A stretch of 64,000 nucleotides of DNA from a virus. A program made the translations under genes and the position numbers. Shown piece after piece: positions 60,783 through 64,000 of the stretch; within the stretch, counting starts at the first letter, position 1, and the number at the start of each line of letters is the position of its first letter. Where the stretch lies: IMG/VR virus record IMGVR_UViG_3300025005_000002, positions 1-64,000 of that record, one strand, 5' to 3'. Below the pieces are notes generated by a model, which saw only the letters and a list, made by a program, of their open reading frames with translations, had not been told where the DNA came from and made no database searches.

Positions 60783-62462
60783 ATGGATGATAATGCAAAA
60801 CTGATGGAGGCCTTGGAGGTTATGAAGAAAAACCTCATTGAGGCCAAAAAAGTTATTATGGCACAAGAAGAGGTTTTGGATCAATTTCGTACCCCCCCCT
60901 TTCTTCAAGGTATCGTTATTGGTGGCGTTACTGGGCAGATAGAGTGGTCTAAGTTTGTTAAGGGTTTAAAGGTAAAACTTCGTAGGGATTCCAGTTTTGC
61001 CCATCAGAGTACAGTCCCCGGAGTAATACAAAAGATTGATGAGAGTGGTTGGGCTCAAGTCTTGTGGGATAACGGTAGTTCTAATTCGTATCGTACCGGT
61101 AAACCTGGGACTGACGAAGGTGTATGTGACCTTGAATTTGCTGAAAATTCACTTGGTGAAGAAATTTGTGTGCTTGAGGGTTCGTCGGTGCATTATGCCC
61201 AAAAGCCATATATTAGGGTAGAATTAGGCGATACGGTAACTCTAAATCCGATGACGAAGCAGGTAATTGGTGTCGTGGCTCCGGTGATATCTGGGGAGAT
61301 CCGATATGTTAATAAGGTGATATCAGATGAATTGGTGGAAGTCTCTCACCAGGATGCATCCAAAGTAGTACTCACTGGGAAATTTGCCAAAAAGATGGAA
61401 AAAGGGGACCGTGTTATTGTCGATAATACTGCAACAATTGTCCTGAACAACCTGGGAAAGGACGAGACAAAGTTTGAGGTTAAAACTTCATCAATGTCAA
61501 TCAACTGGGATGATATTGGTGGGTTGGAAGATGCAAAGAGAGAGATGGTCGAAATTGTGGAACTTCCTCATAAGTATAGCAATTTATATAAGTTTTATAA
61601 CAAGAAACCGGCAAAAGGGATCTTGTTGTGGGGCCCTCCTGGTTGTGGTAAGACCATGCTTGGAAAAGCAGCAGCTACTGCAATGGCTGCTATTCATAAG
61701 CAGAATGGCAATGGAAGCGGATTTCACTATATCAAGGGACCCGAGATCCTGGACAAATATGTGGGTGTGGCAGAGGCCACAATTCGCAGGATCTTCGAAA
61801 ATGCCAAAAAACACAAGGCTAAGAACGGGTTCCCTGCTGTAGTATTTATTGACGAAGCCGACGCCATCCTAGCTAGGCGTGGTTCTGGTATCAGTTCGGA
61901 CATAAATAATACCATCGTCCCGATGTTTTTGGCGGAGATGGATGGTATGGAAGAGTCTGGTGCACTGGTATTGCTTGCGACCAATAGGGCCGATGTACTT
62001 GATCCCGCAGTAACACGTGATGGGCGAATTGACAGGAAGATAAAAGTCACAAGGCCTACAGTGAAGTCTGCTGCTGAGATTTTTATGATCGCCTTAAAGG
62101 GCGTTCCCACCAATAAGGATATACCTAAGGTGGTACTCTCACAGAAGGCTTCTGAATCATTGTTTTCCGATACCAGAATATTATATGAGATTCGTACTAA
62201 AAGGGGTGGCATGATTCCGTTCACACTTAAGCAATTGGTGAATGGGGGGATGGTGGTCGGTATTGTGGATCAAGCGATTTCAATCGCTATCCACAAAGAC
62301 ATTAAGAGGTCAGCAAAGACTGGGGTATGTGAAGAGGATATAATGATGGCGATTGACAAGATTGAGGCACAGAACTGTGGGCTCAATCATAACACTGAAT
62401 TGGAAGAAGTTGTTGCTGGTTTTCGTGAAGATGTTACAAATATTATTCCTATAAGGAGGTAA
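60783..62462 (+). CDS. arc: ARC/Mpa-type proteasome-associated AAA+ ATPase with inserted MIB/HERC2-like domain
   Basis: Coiled coil + PP hinge, OB region, Walker A GPPGCGKT, pore loop KGPEILDKYVG, Walker B FIDEAD, RGSGISSD, TNRADVLDPAVTRDGRIDRKIKVTRP and ARC-like NGGMVVGIVD. Confidence 0.85.
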   Translation: MDDNAKLMEALEVMKKNLIEAKKVIMAQEEVLDQFRTPPFLQGIVIGGVTGQIEWSKFVKGLKVKLRRDSSFAHQSTVPGVIQKIDESGWAQVLWDNGSSNSYRTGKPGTDEGVCDLEFAENSLGEEICVLEGSSVHYAQKPYIRVELGDTVTLNPMTKQVIGVVAPVISGEIRYVNKVISDELVEVSHQDASKVVLTGKFAKKMEKGDRVIVDNTATIVLNNLGKDETKFEVKTSSMSINWDDIGGLEDAKREMVEIVELPHKYSNLYKFYNKKPAKGILLWGPPGCGKTMLGKAAATAMAAIHKQNGNGSGFHYIKGPEILDKYVGVAEATIRRIFENAKKHKAKNGFPAVVFIDEADAILARRGSGISSDINNTIVPMFLAEMDGMEESGALVLLATNRADVLDPAVTRDGRIDRKIKVTRPTVKSAAEIFMIALKGVPTNKDIPKVVLSQKASESLFSDTRILYEIRTKRGGMIPFTLKQLVNGGMVVGIVDQAISIAIHKDIKRSAKTGVCEEDIMMAIDKIEAQNCGLNHNTELEEVVAGFREDVTNIIPIRR

Positions 62463-62465
62463 GTT

Positions 62466-62693
62466 GTGAGTGCACAGGAGCAGATTAAGAAGAGGTCGCA
62501 TAAAGGCGGTGGGGGGGGCGGTTCTAATGATTTTGACGGTCTTGGGCTTGAAATGGCCGTTATCCCCGGCGTTGATGAAGTGTTACGCAATTTAGATAGT
62601 GATATTAAGAATGTTGGTGGGTTGATTAATAGGACACAGGAAAGGATTAATCAGAGACAGGACCGGCGTCCTTCGCATAATTGTGAATGTTAA
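62466..62693 (+). CDS. Pup-like small protein with non-canonical CEC C-terminus
   Basis: GTG start with AGGAGGT RBS; SAQEQIKKRSHKGGGGGG...DEVLRNLDSDI resembles Pup AQEQTKRGGGGG...DDLLDEIDDVL; directly after arc. Confidence 0.55.
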   Translation: MSAQEQIKKRSHKGGGGGGSNDFDGLGLEMAVIPGVDEVLRNLDSDIKNVGGLINRTQERINQRQDRRPSHNCEC

Positions 62694-63045
62694 TTTTGGA
62701 GGTGGCACAATGTTTAATGGGCTGCTTGTTTGTTTAATACTGGCTGGTGCGGTGGCATCAATTTCTTGCTCCATTAGTAAGGCTGGGGTTATGAGACCCA
62801 TCAGGCAATGGGTCCGTAAAAAGAATGCATGGCTTGGTAAACTTGTGTCCTGTGTATATTGTACTAGCCACTGGATATCAGCGATATTAGTTATAATTTA
62901 TAGGCCAATCCCGTTGCGTTTAGTACAACCAATTGATTCAATAGTTGCCATATTTTTGATAGTGACTATGGCAGCTGGGATGATTTATTGGATTGATTGG
63001 TCTATTGGTTTTCAACCAGATCCACCACAAGAGGGTAATCAATGA
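62683..63045 (+). CDS. DUF1360-like membrane protein
   Basis: TM helices with LVSCVYCTSHW motif. Confidence 0.65.
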   Translation: MNVNFGGGTMFNGLLVCLILAGAVASISCSISKAGVMRPIRQWVRKKNAWLGKLVSCVYCTSHWISAILVIIYRPIPLRLVQPIDSIVAIFLIVTMAAGMIYWIDWSIGFQPDPPQEGNQ

Positions 63046-63911
63046 GGGTACATCCAGATTCGGTGGTTGCTTTAAAAGAGGCCTATTTCAAGAATAAACC
63101 CGAATTATCTAGGTTTGTGGCTGGTCGTTTAAAGGTCAACAAACAAACCGTTGTTGGTGTACATGCCAAGCATTTTAAGGAGGTATGTAAGGTACTAAAA
63201 TTACCAATAAGTAAGTTAAAAAGTAGTCGTACTGTATATCGTGGAGTGTATATGGCTACAGTAGACGAATCATTTAAGTCAAAACTGAAAGATAAAAGAC
63301 AAGAAATGCGGCAAAAATATATTGAAATAGCTAGTGGTTTAAGGTCAAAAAAAGCAGTGGAACACCTAAAACATGCGATACATGATCAAGAAGCACGCAT
63401 CCACGCGATTCAAATAGATTTGGTAAATAACCTAAAAAATCTTGAGGGGAAAAATAGAGAATATAAAGTAATTTGTGAAGGTGATCAGGGTACCACAGAA
63501 AACAAAGGTGTTGAATTTGATAAGTTAATGGCTAATCCTGATATAGTAAGGATATTTATAGATGATAATTATTTTACTGTATGGACTAGACCTATTTATA
63601 TTAAGTATAATAATAAGATATATGATGTTGGTGAATTTAAAATAGTATTAGCAATTAACCCTACGGAATTTATAGTAAAAATGCGTAATTTGACCAGAAA
63701 GATTAAAGGTTATGCTCATCCACACATACGTAATAATGGGCGGCCATGTCTTGGTAATATCCAAGAATGTTTACCTCAAATGATTGCAGCACGGCAATTT
63801 GCAGCCGCTATTTTTGTATGTATTCAATATTTAAAATCAGTTAATGATAGTGGATATTATGTAAATATTCACAATTGGCCTTTAAAAATGGCAAAGAGAA
63901 GAGGGAAATAG
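63042..63911 (+). CDS. Coiled coil + E2/UBC-like domain protein (paralog 2)
   Basis: HPHIRNNGRPCLG; colinear with 54514-55440. Confidence 0.7.
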   Translation: MRVHPDSVVALKEAYFKNKPELSRFVAGRLKVNKQTVVGVHAKHFKEVCKVLKLPISKLKSSRTVYRGVYMATVDESFKSKLKDKRQEMRQKYIEIASGLRSKKAVEHLKHAIHDQEARIHAIQIDLVNNLKNLEGKNREYKVICEGDQGTTENKGVEFDKLMANPDIVRIFIDDNYFTVWTRPIYIKYNNKIYDVGEFKIVLAINPTEFIVKMRNLTRKIKGYAHPHIRNNGRPCLGNIQECLPQMIAARQFAAAIFVCIQYLKSVNDSGYYVNIHNWPLKMAKRRGK

Positions 63912-64000
63912 GAAAGAGATATCAAGGTAAGATTGGGGTATATTAATGGATACAATTCTAATGCGTCGAAAATATATAGATCTAGTTAGTGGTAATAGAT

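Noticed and set aside
1-64000. Diversity-generating retroelement or retron
   Set aside because: No reverse transcriptase motifs in any ORF, and I found no TR/VR pair differing only at adenines
1-64000. tRNA or rRNA genes
   Set aside because: No cloverleaf with a T-loop GTTCRA and acceptor stem was seen by eye; tRNAscan-SE would be needed to exclude them

Overview
The whole 64 kb window looks like part of a large tailed dsDNA phage genome, siphovirus-like because no sheath gene lies between the tail terminator and the tail tube. Essentially all genes are on the + strand in the standard genetic code, and most of the DNA is AT-rich. 1-31.9 kb: metallophosphoesterase, neck and tail genes, tail tube, tail-assembly chaperones with a -1 frameshift signal, a 1674-aa tape measure, a long run of partly duplicated tail-tip proteins, a GT2-GT9-methyltransferase fusion and a GC-richer DUF2341 gene. 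31.9-42.4 kb: a LigD-type phosphoesterase-ligase, an SLT lytic transglycosylase and many basic, glycine-zipper-rich proteins, many starting with a short leader ending in L-x-E (candidate capsid-packaged cargo). 43-54.5 kb: arrays of tiny coupled helical ORFs, an origin-like repeat cluster, stem-loop cassettes and a GC-rich island of shuffled gene modules. 54.5-64 kb: two E2/UBC-like proteins, an ARC/Mpa-type AAA+ ATPase with an inserted MIB/HERC2-like domain, a Pup-like small protein ending in CEC, and an endonuclease-VII-type HNH gene bracketed by two copies of a covarying ~200-240-nt structured element. The best novelty candidates are the hybrid Pup/E2/ARC protein-tagging module, the RNA-HNH-RNA unit, the L-x-E cargo set including the ligase, and a recurrent [ILV][ST]GG motif in virion proteins. 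All family assignments come from motifs recognised by eye; no database searches were run.
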